This document shows, piece after piece, positions 13,390 to 26,888 of a DNA stretch of 64,000 nt (within the stretch, counting starts at the first letter, position 1; the number at the start of each line of letters is the position of its first letter). Below the pieces are notes generated by a model. It was not told the origin of the DNA, searched no databases, and saw nothing but the letters and a program-made list of their open reading frames with translations. Source of the stretch: Chara braunii (taxonomy: Eukaryota > Plantae > Charophyceae); the NCBI GenBank assembly GCA_003427395.1, contig BFEA01000001.1, forward strand, positions 2,595,803-2,659,802, in the 5' to 3' direction. The translations under genes were made by a program, and so were the position numbers.

Positions 13390-16300
13390 AATGATTGAAT
13401 GTTTGCATAATAGGCTGGTGCAGAGGGGTTGCGGACTCGTGGTAGGAAAAGAGAGGCTCAACTCTCGCTCACATGAACTCGACATAACAGGACCCAATAA
13501 ATCTGAGAGTGAAAGGCACAGACTGAACAGGACTGGACTTAGCACACAAGGATTTCAGCAGCGCAATGAATTCGCTTGTACCAAGAATAGAACAAAGCAA
13601 ATCTGGGTTCAATTCGATAACCTATCAGAAGGACTGCATAGCATGATACACATAAGAGGTTGGAAGCCGGGTACCCCAACAATCCAGTTGTCACCTGGTT
13701 GGAAGCCGGCCCGGATTTCCTCACCCCTAACCACGACTCAAGGATCGCCAGCTTGAACGTGCCATCCGGAGAACCCTCAGTCTTTCCTGGCGTATGGCTG
13801 TTCAGGAAAAACGGGCAAAGAGCAACGGTCTTGTGTCCACAAAGACCAACTCGGCATGCTTTCGCTGCCGGGGGCGATACTTGGGAAATGACCCAAATTG
13901 CCCGGCCAAACAATCAGCAGGGAGAAGGCAATCGACCAATCCGACACAGTTGGTGGAATGTGTGACGAAGCCAGGTATCTGGTACGCTGACCGGCCGGAT
14001 TATCGCGGCTGGATCTTTGACTACAACCTGGAAACACCACGATGGGTCAGCAGGAGAACCCTTAGTCAAAGCGGAAGTCTACCCGCCTTACGACAGCAGG
14101 TGGAGACAGACAGGGGCCAAGAAGATGGAGCAAAGTGAGTTGGCCACCTGGCCAAGCCAATAATACACAAGGACGGGATCGATGAAGACAAACTGGAGCT
14201 TCAGACAATGGAGGAACTAGCCACGATAGGGGAGCTGGCAGAGAAGCGTTTTATACTCGCACACAGAAAGAGAAAACCAAGCGTAGACGCAGAAGCACCA
14301 ACACGGACAAACAGACGAGGACATGGACATACTGAAGAAGGACGCCAAGGAAGGAGAAGGCCGGAAGAGAAAGAAGGATGATGGGGCTGAGGCAGCCAGC
14401 AGGGCAGGGGAAGAGGACAGAGGCGAACCAAAGGAGGAAAAGGAGGAAGAGGAGAACGATGGGCAACAAGACTGGGAATGGCTTCAACAATCAGTCCAGG
14501 ATCTGGAGCGGGTGAGGGAACTGGAATTCAAACTCCAGTTGGCTCACCACTGTCACAACCGTAGGGTGCAACAGGCCAGAACAGAAACATCCAAGCAACA
14601 ACCGGGGGGCCTGAACGTCAACAGATTTGAGGTGCTCCAGAAGGAAAGCGAGATGTCAGAATTCCTGGCACAACAATGCAGCCGAAAGACAAGAGTGGAG
14701 GGCGACACCCTCCACACGCACAACCTGGCATACACACACCAGTTCCAATGGCCAGACTCCTGCAAGGACAAAAACGATCTTCCAAGCAAATCCAAAGGGG
14801 GCAAGAAGGCACAGGGGAAGGCAGAAGAGAAGACAGAGGAGCAGCACACCTCAAGACAGGAGGCAAGAGCCACGCAGAACCCGGAACAGTGGCAGACTTG
14901 CGGAGGAAGAAACAGATTGCCGAAGCACAAGTGGCCTCTCTCACGGCCAGAATGAAGACTTCGCAGAACAACATCTGTCGCTGCAAAGATCACAGGCAGA
15001 CGAGCGGCAGCAGTCGGGACAGCAGCAAGGGTGGATGCCAAGAAGAATGAACACATAAGGATCGTCATCCCCTGCCGTTGGAACATAGCCCACAAGGATT
15101 GGGAGGTGGCAGTGCACGAAAATGGAGCCTTCATCACGATGACAGACCGGACGCTCAAGAATGGCACTCTCATAACTCTATTCAAAGACACCCTCATACC
15201 GGTGTTCACCTTGGGAGCCCGCCAAGGCAACACAGAAGACTAGAAGGATGCAGCAGGACAGCAGCACTCAGCAGACCTGCGGCCAGTGATGGTCCGCATC
15301 TCAGAGAAGCTCGTGCTCACTGACGAGCTGGGATGGGTCTCGTGGCAGGCCATGGAGTCAAGTCCGTATGGACTGCTGGGTCCGGGAATAACCCCGGAGA
15401 GGGCGGCTTTCGGAGCAGCCATGGTATTGAGCCACAGGGTGTTCTTGTAGATGCGGGAGGGTGGTACAAGAAGATTAACACATTCTCTGTGAACAAGGAG
15501 GTTTTCTACATGGAGCGCTAGAAAGCTGGATGCCACACAAGCACACAAGATAAACTGAACATAACTTTTCATGGACAATGCGAGGGAACACCAGCACATA
15601 GAGCAGCTTCCCTAACACCAGATCTGCCTGTTGTGTCATGGAATATCAACAGACTAGCGACAATACTCCACAACGACCACAAATGGAGTAACTTCACCAA
15701 GCAGTACACTGGTACGGACCTCACCCACCAGATATTTTGCGCCTGCAGGAGACACACATAACAGTCACCCGGGAGCACCAAGCAGTTCAGAAGGAAATAA
15801 ATAGGCGGCTGAGATGGATCAGTAACGCCCACTGGGCCGGGGTTCCGAGAGCAGGCTCATCAGGAACATCAATACTCGTACACACCAGGTCAGCAGCAGC
15901 ACAGGCTCCAGACATAGAAGCCACCCAGGCGGACGACCAAGAGGGAAGGTGGGTTAAGTTAGATTTTAACTTCAAACAGGAGCATTTTCGTCTCCTGTAC
16001 ATATACTGCCCAAGCGCTCATCAACAGAGGGCAGAACTCATTAATGATTAATGCCCTCACTCCTCTATGTGTCTCACGGACTCTCACCTGCCCCCCTGCT
16101 GCTGGCAGGGGATTGGACAGCAACACAGACCCTGGCCTGGACAGAATGTCAGGAAGAGTCTCAGGTATGGAAGGAGCAGTTTGGGACGAGGCAGCTCGCA
16201 TACATAACATCATGATGGAATAGCAACTGATCGACCCCTACCGCACGCTGCAGCTGACGATGAGAGACTTCACTTACCTCAAACTGCATCCAGCACGTCT

Positions 16301-17510
16301 CAGCCTCACGAATAGACTTCTTTCTACTGCCTTACTTTCCGGGATTGGACCAGAAGTTTGTCTACCTGCACCTAGTTCTGGACGCGGCCCCAGCGAGAGA
16401 ACCGGGTTTCTTCAAAGTCGACAACTCTCTCCTCGAAACCCACACAATGAAGGATTACATAGTCCAAGCGTGTGCGGCACATGGAACGTGGACTATGACC
16501 TTCCCACAACTGGTAGGAAGTCTATCCAATGCCACGACCAAGGTGTCAAGAACCTTAGCCGCTAGGAGGTCGGCCAAAGAAAACGAGCGGGAAGCAGTCC
16601 TGTGAGTGGCAGAGGAAAATCTCATAGCCCAACCGGGCCAAACACGCCTCGAAGAAGCCCTCTTTGCAGCAAAGCAGAAGCTGGCAGAATGGAAGGCTTG
16701 GAAAGAAGGAGGACTACGATTACAGTCACACGTGAAAGTGCTGGAGTAAGGAGAAAAGATGACAGAGTACTCCATCCAAAAAATTGAAGAGCAACTCCCG
16801 AAATAAGCTCATTGACCAGCTGTGTATAGGAGACACTACAACATCCGACCTGAGGCACTGCGTATAGGAGGTCGGTCCAAAATTTTGCAAGTGGCTTAGT
16901 CCTGTACAATGACGCACATGGACAGGTCCATCTCCACAGGTTCCTTTCACCGCCATACAAGATGCCCGGTTTGGTCCGGCAAGGCGACCCCCTGGCGGCA
17001 CCGCTCTTTCTGTTCACGATGGAAGCAGTTCCTTCCTGCGCAAGGACCCGTCAATCGAGAGACTGGTGGCTGAGCCGGCCCAGCCTCGTCATGAGGTTAG
17101 GTTGCCCGCCACCCTGCTTTTTGCCGATGACCTCACAGCTATAGTCAGGGCAACGAGCACGTCGTTCCAGACCCTGACACAAACCATGAAAGCATTCCAG
17201 CTGGCCTCCGAAATGAAAGTCAACTGGCAAAAGACAGCAGGACGGTGGCTGTCGGATATACCCCACAGCCCCCACCAGACGTCTCCCCAGAAGGCTTTGT
17301 CTGGCAAGTCCGCTGCGCTTTTTGGGGATTAAGCTAACAGAAACAGGGCCGGACCACGCAATGGAACCAGAAATACTCACCACGATGCTTCGCAAGATGG
17401 ACACCTGGTCCAGTATTTACTCCTTGTTTGGACGAGCACTAGTCCTAAATGCCTCCATCTTCTCCATGCTCCGGTATGCAGCCACCGTCTGGATTCCGGA
17501 GATAAACATG
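13390..17510 (+). mobile_element. Decayed L1/Tx1-like LINE (ORF1 plus ORF2 APE-RT), internally deleted and 3'-truncated
   Basis: Knuckle remnant CFRC..GNDPNC ~13855. APE motifs VSWNIN ~15632, LQETH, GRWV, YIYCP, LAGDW. RT motifs VRQGDPLAAPLF ~16975 and LLFADD ~17115, then GRALVLN. Many stops and frameshifts; boundaries approximate. Confidence 0.88.
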
Positions 17511-17592
17511 GCCACCACCCTCTCTCTTCGCTGCTTTCCAACTTCTCCTCTCCGAGCGCTCTGTCTCGGTCCTTATCTCCTTATTATTATAT

Positions 17593-17595
<3 letters not shown>

Positions 17596-17683
<88 letters not shown>
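17596..17683. repeat. (CT)n microsatellite
   Basis: Direct read. Similar GA/CT, CA/TG and TTA tracts occur at 12737, 30901, 41350, 44019, 48431, 49962, 50380 and 59468. Confidence 0.95.
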
Positions 17684-17686
<3 letters not shown>

Positions 17687-18104
17687 CGGAAGTGCTTTAC
17701 CATCCTCGGCCGAAATGGACTATTTATTCTCAGTACAACGTGACGACATGTATCTTGGATCCATGCGTCGGTCGAAACATGTCGGGCGAAGCAGATTCAT
17801 GATTCTCCTTCGCCGGCCAGGTTGCCTGTTCGGCAGTGCTGGAGTGCACTTTGAGCTTCATGTTCATTTCATTCGTTTAAATCGCTTGGGCTTCAGGAAA
17901 CTTCCGTCGCGTCTCTGTGTGAAGCATCCACGGTGTCTCTGTTTCTCCTTCACTTCTCAGTATTTCTATTTTCTTTCTTTCCTTCTCTCCTCTCCCTCTT
18001 CTTCTTATTATTATTATTATTCTTATTCTCTTTTTCTTCTTCTTCTTTTTCTTTTTCGTTTTCTCTTTGTTTTTATTTTTTTTTGAAAAATACAGGTCCT
18101 TATG

Positions 18105-18627
18105 GCCCCGGCTCCATTTCCATTCTGGGGAGCATCAGTCCGGTTTCTATTCCACCGGCAAGTCAGGTTAAAACATTACATCATGAAACCCACTAACGCT
18201 TCCTTCCGTCCGGCCGAAGGATCGCTGACCAGCATTGATTACTCCAACATCGTGGAGGATTGACTGTCAGCTTGCCTTACTTCCTCCTTCCCTCTCAGGT
18301 CAACTGCATGACCTGTCAAATAAATAATAAAAAGCAACCGTCCAGACGGATTAATCAATGCTGCTCAGGGGTCCTTCGGCCAGACGGAAGGAAGCGTGAG
18401 TCTGTCTTAATTGTTTTGTATAATTCCGACTTGCCGGTGGAATAGGAACCAGACTGACGCATTCAGCTGCGTGTCCAGCTCAACTGGCGTACTATTCTTT
18501 CGCCTTTTACTAAAGAATACCGTGGGCTGAGCACACTGAGCAGCTTATCACAATTTTTCACGGCCCTTCGCTCCGCCGAATAAAAAGAAAAGGAACCGGA
18601 CTGACGCTCCCCAGAATAGAAGGAGCC
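18105..18627. mobile_element. MITE/foldback-like long inverted repeat
   Basis: TCAGTCCGGTTTCTATTCCACCGGCAAGTC pairs with GACTTGCCGGTGGAATAGGAACCAGACTGA (~18428-18457). ACGCTTCCTTCCGTCCGGCCGAAGGA pairs with TCCTTCGGCCAGACGGAAGGAAGCGT. The outer arm is repeated at ~18591-18627. Confidence 0.75.
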
Positions 18628-19089
18628 TTTGTTTTTTTTTGTTTTTGTTTTAAAAAAAAAGAAAAAAAGAAGCCACTGAAGATTCAATATCGGAGTACGC
18701 CCTCCAACATTATGTGACCTGTGATGAAGCTAGTCCTTCTGCTGGCTGGGGTACTAAGGTACGTCATATGGTCCATGACCACTCTTGTCTTCACCCTTCC
18801 GATTATATAACTGATCAGGTACTCTGTCCATCCGTTGGTACAAGAGGCCGTCTGCTCCAACCTGAACTTGAGATGAACCCGACCTTCCACGTCTATGGTT
18901 GACCCATAACCCCACCACCTTGCCCTTTCCGAGCCTACCTTCTACCACCCCTCGCGTTCTCTACATAGAGACGTCCTTGTGCCAGCTGTGACCCATACCC
19001 GTTCTTGTGTTCTCCCTTCAGATCACACATCACGCAAGGTGGTCTGTCTTCCTGCTGACAGCAAGAGCTGACTTCTCCGGTCTGAGTCC

Positions 19090-19530
19090 AAGTTGAGCCA
19101 GTCCTTCCAACGTATATGATCATCCCGTAGCTCAGCCACCTTGCCATTTAAAAGCCATAGTCTGATAAAATCCATTCTCATCTTTCTCCGCTGATCCTCA
19201 TCCTCAGGCATCAATTGAGTCTCTGCCACTTGCAGCGAATTTCTGTTTGTATCATAGACCTCGTCTCAGCCCGTACCTTCTCCCTTGAGTTGGGAATTCC
19301 TTCAATGGTTCTGCAGCATCGCTCCTTCCAAATGACCCACAAAGTCGCCTTGCTGATCAGGCCGAACCACAACCTCTCTGTCTTCTGACATTGATTCGAG
19401 ATGTTAGTCCAGAGGAGAACTTGGATGGGGTGTTTGGGGAAAGGGGAGGGAAAGAGGGAGTTCCAAAGGGCTGAAGCCCTCGCCCAGTATTCCGTCGCCT
19501 CACTACAATTAACCAGGCAATGTACTCTTC
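19090..19530 (-). pseudogene. 3' fragment of an L1-type LINE ORF2
   Basis: Minus-strand translation ERLWFGLISKATLWVIWKERC matches the W-x-I-W-x-x-R C-terminal motif of L1 ORF2, followed by FIRLWL...W. Confidence 0.6.
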
Positions 19531-20026
19531 TTCTTCTTCTTCCCCTTGCTTCTTACCTCTTTCTTTTCGTTTCCTCTCTGCTCTCCTGCCGTTTTCATCT
19601 TCCCCTCGCTATGGAGTGGCTTTGATTGTTTCTTTGGTTGCTCGATGCTCTCATTTTTTGGTTGCGTGTGTTTCGTATTTTTGCTGAGGTGTTCTATGGC
19701 ACTCTTTGTTACGCTGTTGCAAAATGCAAGCGTGATGACGTGAATAGGCGCAGTAGACAGCATCATCATGATTACTCCTGCTAACACAGTGGCTGTTACT
19801 GTCCTACCTATTGCTGTTATTTTTCCGTCTCCATTGCCCTCTTCGCACCTCTATATTCCATGAGTTCATGAGGTTTGCAACCTTGGTTGCTATGCTTTAG
19901 CTCTCATCTGCTGCTCGTGCAATAACCTTGGTAGGAATCACACTACTCTAGAGTGGTTGCAGGGCATTGCCCACCCCCACTCCCATCGCATAAATCGATA
20001 CTGTTCTTGACTCATTACCCTGATTT

Positions 20027-20110
<84 letters not shown>

Positions 20111-20231
20111 AGTTCTATTGGGGAGTTTGATCTTAACTGCGTTAGCGTGTTTCGAAATACTGCCTATTGATTGGTCTGTGCAGGAATCTATTTGTATCAC
20201 CTAGCGATTCCGTCGTCATCGGCTGTCCAGA

Positions 20232-22500
20232 ATGTCGAGTCCAAGGCTATGCTTCAACTGCAATATGCCCGGACACTTTTCTCAACAGCCTTTGCCGCGC
20301 CTCCCGTCTTTTCCGCAGCTGCCTCCTAGCAACCCCAATCCTTCGCCCATGGCTTCGGGGGGGTCCCTCCCATTGTAGACACCACTGCTTGCTCTTCCCC
20401 CACCACCTTCCAACCCGCACCCTACCAACCCTGGTCAGGCGATTGTGCCATGACAGCCGTGGTGGAAGACCAATCAAGAAAAGCTGGACCGGGTTTACGA
20501 ATTTATGGCAGTCGAGCTTGAGGCGCGTCAAGAGGCACTACATTAGAAAGAGAAGCAACTCAAGGATGAGGAGGAGAAACGGAAGATCAAGGAGGCTGAA
20601 GAGAAAGCCCAGAGGAAGATGAAGGAGCGACAAGTTTTTGAAGAGAGGATCAGCAACATAGTCGATACCAAAATCAATGATGCATGTGAACTCTTTTGGG
20701 GGAGAGCGGACCTGGCAAGAGCATCATATACCGACGGAGGGAATAGCCGCCGGACTGCTGTTGAAATTCCAGGGTGACGGCAGAAAGATTTGGAGAAAGA
20801 GCGTTTGGGAAACAGATTGAGGGGTTGAGATTGGAGTACGGGCATATCAAGAAAAAGATGGATGAGATGTATAGGTCGCTGAAGCAGAATATTACGAGCA
20901 TTAAGAGACCAGCTATGGGAGTATGCATCAGTAGTCCGCCGGAAGCCCCTGTGAGAGGGAAGAGTAAGGTAATTGGAGTTGGGACGCCTACCTCACAAGA
21001 CTTTGAGAAACTATTGAAGGCTTATAATTCGGTCAAAGAGGGAGAATGTATTGCGGATCTAGAAGTGCAAGCTTTAAGGGAAAGATTTGAAAAGGCTGTG
21101 GCAAGGCTCATCAGGCAAGGGCGCACTCTGCGATCGAACCTCACCAAGCATATGGATGAGGCCACAAATGACAAGGATCAGGACAACCTTCCAAAACGGC
21201 AAGACGGGCTCGATGACCTGACCATCAGACCTTCAACCCCCAAGAGGACATCAGGGCGTTTGGCAACGAAGGCGGCGACACTGGAGCGAGCGGAATTCCT
21301 CGAGGAGACAAAGAAATATCTGAAGCGCCTCAAGAAACATGGCCTTCAAACGTTGCGCGATAAGGAGGGTCTTACTTTTATTACTTGTGAGCAAGCGATC
21401 AATGATATAGCCGAGCTCCGTACGATGATCGCCTTCGATGGTCGCCAGGCACAGACGAAGCCAGCTCGATCCATTCTGGAATCTGAGGCAGACGAAGGCC
21501 GCGACGAAGACAGAGATACAGTAGAGTTGCACGACACACAACCGGTGGAAGCTGAGGACAAAGAGCACATTGCTGAAGAATAGGAATTTGGCCCAAGCGT
21601 GAAAACGGTATGGGAACTGTTACAACTCTGCCTACCGCTTCACAAGTCAAAGGTACGTTTGCTGGATCAGGATCTCAACTACCTCCTCCAAATGATTGTC
21701 ACCATGCTCATTCTTCTTCAACAGCTTCCATGGTGTCTCAAGTTTGTCGATAGCCTACTTAGCATGCTTCACTCTGGGTATGACTTTAGACGTTTTCCAG
21801 GACCTGTCGTATATTGTCTAGTGTCCCCTTTCGTAAAGCACTGCTATCGGTTGTACTAATAGGTCACTAAGGCTTAGATGGACCGGACATTTATATCGTA
21901 CTTCTTTTGTTAATGATCCGACACGTTTGGCAAGGAATCACAAACTTTATAGATGGCTATGCAAAACTGGAATCCACCATTATGTTGCTATACCTCTAGC
22001 TGTGGTTGACGGGTCGGACTTAGTAGCTGCGTAACGGAGATTTATTGGATGGTCTTCTCCATATTTGAACTCTCGCTCTGAAGGTCGTAAGAAGAGGAAG
22101 AATGCGAAATGTAGACCAGGTAAGAGGGAGAGAAGGAACAGGGCAAGAAGAACCAACGACTGTACATGGCCAGTAGAGAAGACAAAAATTGACCAAAGCA
22201 AGGGTATAGAACAAGGTTGTAAGGGTAGAATAGCTTCTTTCATCTCCTCCACGGGTACCTCCTCTATCTCCCTCCTGCCCATTTTGAATGAGGCTTTCGG
22301 TTTTGGGTTGTTCTCCTTATCCATTATAGCCAAGGGTGGTGGTTTATTGGCAGACTCGTGGAAGGTCATAAAAAGAGTGTTCGGGTCATCGGTGGTGGTT
22401 AGTATATTCGGTCGTGATCAACTCAAACGATGGATGGTTTGAGAAAAAGATTGCTATTAATGTGGTTGTGCTGGTTAAATTTGTTCAGGATCAGAAAGTC
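20232..22500 (+). mobile_element. 5' part of a Penelope-like element: zinc-knuckle ORF1 and N-terminal GIY-YIG; RT absent
   Basis: ORF1 MSSPRLCFNCNMPGHF...WWKTNQEKLD plus coiled coil, ending 21583. Frameshifted VVYCLVSPFVKHCY/IGCTNRSLRLRWTGH...KLYRWL...RRFI...PYLN at ~21800-22075 is a GIY-YIG motif set. Confidence 0.7.
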
Positions 22501-22653
22501 TAAAGCCAGCCGTGTCACGACTCCTGAGTCACCCGAACGAGAGCAAGGGACTATGCTCTTGGTCCCGCGACGACCTGGTTCACGCATATGAGGTTGTTCG
22601 ATGTTTTTCATAGAAATCATCCAGGAAAACTCTTTGGTTTGTTGTGTCGGCTG

Positions 22654-25600
22654 TTATTCAAAAAAGGTTTGGCTTTTTCCTACGTATGTGTGGACAGGTT
22701 TTCTAAAGTTGTGTCCACGAGGGTTGTGACACCTTTTATCCGAATTGTGGACGTGACGGTCGATAAACAGAGAGGAGTACTCCATCATGTTTGACGAACC
22801 ATCGCATGCGATGACATGGCGTCCTGAGCGAAGCAAGTCCCACATTGTTCCCGCCTGCACGTTGCCCAATAACAGGACACCTTCCCCTTTCTTCGAAAAC
22901 CAGATGCACAAGTTTTTCATTTTTGTTGGTTCCCTCTCCCATATTCCGTACATGGGTCTGCTATCGCCTCGCACACCGATTGCCTCTTTTGTACATCGTA
23001 CAAATAACTCCTCCACGTAATGGGTGTCGAAGAGAGTGTTCCCACGAGGCTTTGCAACCATGACCTTTTTCAAATCATTGCTTGTATCGTGCAACACTAT
23101 GGTCATGGAGTCGCGCCCTCTCAATGGAAGGTTTCCAACTTGGGTGCAGGATGATGCCGCTTCGCTATAACGACGCTAGCGCCCTGAAAGAACTCTCACA
23201 CCCTCCCACCTGAACACGTTCCTCAGGACCATTTCCTCACCTTTCAATGCGCTGAATATGATTAGCGCCCAATGCGTCCCACACAACACCATTATCATTT
23301 GGTGGAACTTGTGAAACCTTTGCTCATTCCATGCGTCGAGATTCTTCAACGGAGCTAAGTCCAACACTGCAAGCTAACAACTCAGCTTCCTCACAGCACT
23401 AGTCAAATCTTCCGTCGGGTGCAGTGCGTCCATAGGTGCGATGCATACAGGAAAATAGGTCATGTGATCTTTGCGCTTGTCCCACATTATGTGCTGAGCA
23501 TTTGAGCTGATCCGCCGCAACTCATCCCTCAATTGGTCGACTGCGCTAAGAATTTCATGCACAAAAAACTTGAGGAAGTACGGATACTCCATATATATTC
23601 CAGTCGTCACCTTGTGCCCCCCGACATTCCCTTTTCCTAGTTTCACCTCATCCACGCCGCCCAATCGTTTTGGGACATTGACGACTTATGTGCTGGAATG
23701 TTCAACTTGGTTTCTTCCCATTTTTCCCTCATCAACCCTCGTGGTGCAAACCGCCTCGTTATGGTATCGTAGCCAATGAAGAACTTGTCATTCCACTCCT
23801 CCTCCGACATCTGCTCTATCTTGAACAAGACATAGTTAAACATGCGCATCATATATTTTTTCCTTCTCACCTCTACGTACAGGTCTTGCATATTCATCAA
23901 TTTTTTCACGAATGTCCAGGATATAGTTAAACATGCGCACCATATATTTCTCCATTATCACCTCCACGTACAAGTATTGCATGTTCATCAATTTTTCACG
24001 AATGCTCTTCCACTCGTGACCACGTGTCCCGCAAGTATTTTCTCGAGGCCCATCTCCTTCTCCCTTGACGTGATATCGTCGAACACCTTCCATGCGCTTC
24101 CTGGGGGATCATTGATGCAAACATAGAAACCCGACGAACTTTTGTTGGACTGGACGTAGTGCACCAACACTTTTTTGCCTTTCACGGTCTTCGCAGCAGG
24201 ACCCGGTTCTAACGCCTCGCCTGCTTTCCCTTCCTGATCCACTGGTTTGATGTCGTCCTGCCTTGGCAGTCCCTCTTTCTCCCATTTGTCAAAGAACTTC
24301 TCAACCAGATTCCACACCACCTTACCGCTCGCCACGAGACACATGTAAGGCCTTAACAAGTTTGTCCAATTCCTCACAAATTTTTTCGCCAATGACTAGT
24401 TCCAGAGCGTGCTGGCAGGAGTCATCCGTATAGCTTTCCGTACAAACTTCTGATATTGCTCACACTGTGAAGTCCTTTCATCCACCATCTTCGCCTGATG
24501 ACAATCACCTTTTGACTCTTTCATATTCTGCCACAGTCCTTTTATAGCAGTCACATTCGAAACGACGATGGGATAACACGTGTCTCCCTGGTGTTGTCAA
24601 ATGTGGAGATGTACGCATACCCCTCCAAATGGTCGTCGTCAAAATACACAACCCCGCCTTCCAAGAATGCACACCCCACTTCTAGGCATCAGGCAATCTG
24701 GCAGCGACTAACGTCTTCGCTGCCTCCCCTGTATGTTGGTCGGCCACGGTGTACCAATGGTAGGAGGCAACTTTGTCATCATCCCACTCCTCCGGCTTTA
24801 CACGCTCCCACTGGTTTCGGCCTTCCTTCTCCACCTGTACGACCGAAGCAAGAATCCACGTGTTTCCGTCCCACTCCTTCTGCTTTTCCGAGTGTTCCAT
24901 TACGTCCCTGATGAGGTGACCAACATCTCGTTCAACGGTCTGTGGTTGTATTGCACGCCTTCCGAAGGGTTGGGCAATATGTTGCCGACGTCAACGAAAA
25001 TTTGGGAAGGTCGATCTATCGCATTGTAGTCCGCGTCGTATTCCAGGAAAAAAACATTTTGTGGTGTCGATAGTGTCGTTGGTCACCTCTCCTGGCTTCG
25101 GTGTTGTATGTCATGGGTCAACCCCCGCCGCTTCGTCCCCAGAGTCCTCCACTTCCTTTGTCTCATCGACCTTTGCTTTCTTCTTTGGTCTCTGGGAATA
25201 TCGAGGGGGTTCACGTTTTTTCTTTGTTGGTTTAACGGATTGGGGCCTCTAAGGATTTCTTGTAAGCCTCCTTTGAGGCCTGTTTTCTGATGAGCTTAGC
25301 TTGTCTCCACTTCTCTTCCTCTATTCTCCCAGCTTTCATTTTCTTCTTGTGCATGCACACAGAGCTCTGTGTGCCATGCAACACACCGGCATCTTCTGTC
25401 GGGCCGTGATCACTTGTGGCCCGAGAATACTCTTCCCGCCTTTTCTATGACCCACTATTCCCGTCGTCTTTCTCGTTCGCCCCACCCTCATCTCCTTCAC
25501 TCCCGCCTTCGTAGCTGTCTTCCCGTTCTTCGGCGTCCTCATCACTTGCATCCTCATCCTCTTCTTCTTCACTCCCATCGCCTTCGTGACCACCATCCTC

Positions 25601-26531
25601 TTTGCCTTCACTACCATCGCCTTCGGCCCAACCATCCTCTAAGTTTTCCTCTTCATGTTCTGCATCGTCGCAGAACCGTTGTTCGTCGTCGTCGCCTTCT
25701 GTCTTTTACGTCGTTGCCCTCAACCCACCACCGCTCACCGTCTCACTGCCGGAAGTGCGAGTCCTCCTCCGTCTTCTCGTCATCATCCTCATGGTCAGTG
25801 GCCCCAAGAACTGGAGACAAAGAAACGTGAGCAACATATTCAGCATGTGATTGTGCCTGTTTTGCAAACACGCCCTTTGACTGGAGTGGAGCGGTGGACT
25901 TTCTCACGCTCTTTGCCTGTGTCGATGTGGTCCCACTTTTGCTAATTTGGGCGGATGTTTTCGTCTCCCCACAACTCTTGCCTACCGCCTTTGGCTAGCA
26001 GACAGAGACTTGGCCCATCGTCTGCAGCTTGTGACATCGCACTTTGTCTACAAAGTCTTGAAGATCACAGTTGAACGACACGAAGGGAGTTGACAACTGC
26101 AGCATGTTGTCAATCGTCGCGATACGGTTCGACACTTTATAGCAATTAACGTGTTTCAGGAACTCAAACAGCCTTATCATCACCATCTGCGACACATCCT
26201 TCTTCGTCAACTTGTCGAACGGTGGCATTGACGCAACGCGGATGCCATAACCTTGAAACTTGTCGACGTGGAGGGACACGAGTTTGTAGTTGTCAGGCAC
26301 CTCGTGACCATCGATGTCGAAACACGTTGTGAGATGGAATCTCATGTGCTCCTCGTCAGGCATGTTCTTATCAAATGAGTAAGTCTTGATACGCCCACAT
26401 AGGTAGTGACTGCCACTCTCGTCCCGCAAGAAAACGACGGGCCCACAGTAGGCGGCTTTCATACCGAGGTTGCAATTGATTGCCCAATACTTCTCTTGGA
26501 ACGTGACGGTCCTTTTGACAACCTTCGGCAT
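22654..26531 (-). pseudogene. Large decayed ORF: unknown N-terminal domain, acidic linker, ParB-like region, degenerate beta-class N6A/N4C methyltransferase-like fold
   Basis: ATG at 26531 (MPKVVK). YNHRPL...WYTVADQHTGEAAK at ~24700-24950. C-terminal IAPMDAL...LAVLDLAP...EREPTKMKNLCIWFSKKGEGVLLLGNVQAGT...GRHVIACD. Multiple stops and frameshifts. Confidence 0.6.
23832..24004. repeat. ~90 bp tandem duplication inside the decayed ORF
   Basis: ATAGTTAAACATGCGCA.CATATATTT...TTCATCAATTTTTCACGAATG occurs twice. Confidence 0.85.
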
Positions 26532-26609
26532 AGAGACCCCTGATGAGCAAGCAGCTGCAGAACACCGCATCCCACACCGGCGTAATACACGGAACAAACA
26601 TACGGTAAG

Positions 26610-26767
26610 GAGAAGAGAGGGGGGGGGGGGGGGAGGCCTCAAGGACCGATGGCAACAACATGCTCCCAATCTTCATTAGTACTGGAACATCCAACCAACG
26701 TTCGGNTCCAACCAACGTTCGGACTGGGTGGTGCCTTGTTAGAGAGAGAGAGAGAGAGAGAGAAAAA

Positions 26768-26800
<33 letters not shown>

Positions 26801-26888
26801 GGCCTCAAGGACCGGTGGCAACATCATGCTGCCAATCTTCATTAGTACTGGAACATCTAACCAACGTTCGGACTGGGTGGTGCCTTGT
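26610..26888. repeat. Tandem duplication with poly-G runs
   Basis: G-run followed by AGGCCTCAAGGACCG...ATTAGTACTGGAACATC.AACCAACGTTCGG twice. May be partly an assembly artefact (an N lies inside). Confidence 0.75.
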
